Source: an uncultured Methanosarcinales archaeon (GTDB taxonomy: Archaea; Nanobdellota; Nanobdellia; Woesearchaeales; CAZOXR01). Taken from it: a stretch of 64,000 nucleotides of DNA. The notes below the pieces were generated by a model. It was not told the origin of the DNA, did no database searches, and was given only the letters and a program-made list of their open reading frames with translations. Below are positions 62,783-64,000 of this stretch, in pieces. The position numbers and the translations under genes are program-made. The stretch spans positions 1-64,000 of the forward strand of contig CAZMIO010000002.1 of assembly GCA_964566535.1 (NCBI GenBank), given 5' to 3'. The stretch's first letter is position 1, and every line of letters begins with the position of its first letter.

Positions 62783-63995
62783 TATCTCTTAATCTTCTCT
62801 GAGCAAGATCAGTTTTTACCAAATAATCAAACTCATCTCCATCATCATATTGTCCTAATTCTTTTCTCAAAAGAAGGTTGGTTACCCTACCAGTCATATG
62901 TCCTAACATTTGAGTAAGATCAGCCGTTACATATGGATCATCAGTTCCTAAAGAAACATATTCTACATCAGCACAATCTAGATCATCTGGAATAGTTCCT
63001 GCAATCACATAAATTTCCATACCTTGCTCTTTAGCTTTAGCAAGCGTATTTTGAACAGAAGAGCTCCCTAAATTATGAGCAAACAAAATCAATAAATCTC
63101 CTTCACTCGCTTTCTCTAATTGTTGAACAGATGCAAAACCCTTCATAACTCTATCATTAGCAGTTCCACCATAATCAGACATGGTTGGAGTAGAATAAAC
63201 AAACCTTTTTGGAGCATTTTCTATTTCATATACAGCATCCCAATTCAAATTATGTGCTGTATGCTCTGCAGAGATACTTGCTCCATCTCCCTCTGGACTT
63301 AAAACATAAACACCCTTACCAGCTAAAAAAGCATGTGTAACACTCTCACTTAACCCTAACAAATAAGCAGGAGACACTTTATCTAATCCAGATTGTAATT
63401 GTGACAAGTAATCAGCTTTAAATTCCTCAAACCCCTCACCACCAGTTGTTATTTTATAAGTAGAACACTCCATAGCTAAATGAAGCAAAACTTGCATAGC
63501 ATCTTCTCCCATTTGCTGATCAGGTAGTGTCACTATAGGAGTATGTCCGCTTCCAGATAATTTTCCTTCATCAGAACCTGTCAATGCAAAATAAGGTACC
63601 CCTTTGTCCCTACAATAATTAGCTGCATCAACTATATTTTCTGAGTTTCCACTTCCACTTAATAATATAGCAAGATCACTAGAATCCGCTCCCCCTCTTT
63701 CCAATACATTAACAAATATTGAATTATATCCAAAATATTCAGCATCGTGCTGTAATGAATGAACATCTCCCCCATTTTGTATTCTTATTCCAAATCTACC
63801 ATTTCTTAATCTATGTTCTAAAGAAAGTGTAAAGTGCCTCCCTATAGCATAGCTTCCCCCATTTCCAAAAGCATAGATAGTACTCTTTTGGTCATGTGAA
63901 AGAGTAGTAAGAATAGCATCAGCCAATTTATTAATTCCTTCATCTGGGATTGCAGAAGATATGGTAGATGTAACACTAGCCCCATAAATATCCAT
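62775..63995 (-). CDS. Tandem SIS-domain protein (phosphoheptose isomerase GmhA-like); may begin beyond the window
   Basis: FGNGGS, LSGSGNSENI, LTG..G, ED in domain 1; degenerate second SIS domain (SAEH.A, AND, GDLLI). Confidence 0.75.
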   Translation of the reverse strand: MDIYGASVTSTISSAIPDEGINKLADAILTTLSHDQKSTIYAFGNGGSYAIGRHFTLSLEHRLRNGRFGIRIQNGGDVHSLQHDAEYFGYNSIFVNVLERGGADSSDLAILLSGSGNSENIVDAANYCRDKGVPYFALTGSDEGKLSGSGHTPIVTLPDQQMGEDAMQVLLHLAMECSTYKITTGGEGFEEFKADYLSQLQSGLDKVSPAYLLGLSESVTHAFLAGKGVYVLSPEGDGASISAEHTAHNLNWDAVYEIENAPKRFVYSTPTMSDYGGTANDRVMKGFASVQQLEKASEGDLLILFAHNLGSSSVQNTLAKAKEQGMEIYVIAGTIPDDLDCADVEYVSLGTDDPYVTADLTQMLGHMTGRVTNLLLRKELGQYDDGDEFDYLVKTDLAQRRLRDNG

Positions 63996-64000
63996 AAACC

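Overview
AT-rich archaeal chromosome segment, most likely DPANN/Woesearchaeota-like. The archaeal call rests on a histone, aRF1, L37ae/L40e, RpoP, GatD, archease and TATA-type leaderless promoters; the finer placement is my inference. It is unusually metabolically rich for such a lineage: CoA synthesis (panB, coaBC, PoK, PPS), lipoate (lipA, lipM-like), FAD/NAD synthesis, a glycine cleavage system (T, H, P1, P2), PEP synthase with a LAGLIDADG intein, dnaK-dnaJ-grpE and a trimeric [FeFe]-hydrogenase. Highlights not visible in the ORF track: (1) a full-length Pup-ligase/deamidase (PafA/Dop)-family gene in an archaeon, split by one -1 frameshift, with no Pup/UBact nearby; (2) a hidden tRNA-Pro(TGG) with three introns (3/4, 37/38, 59/60), whose first BHB motif is built partly from the 5' leader; (3) an archaeosortase next to a PGF-CTERM lectin with nested LamG domains; (4) an apparently non-bifurcating NAD-linked [FeFe]-hydrogenase co-occurring with glycine cleavage/lipoate genes; (5) a dispersed multi-hairpin palindromic repeat family, a Fic gene bracketed by four 12-bp repeats, a candidate heat-shock operator and a leaderless uORF before deoxyhypusine synthase. 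No rRNA, CRISPR array or transposase was seen. All calls are by eye, with no database searches.
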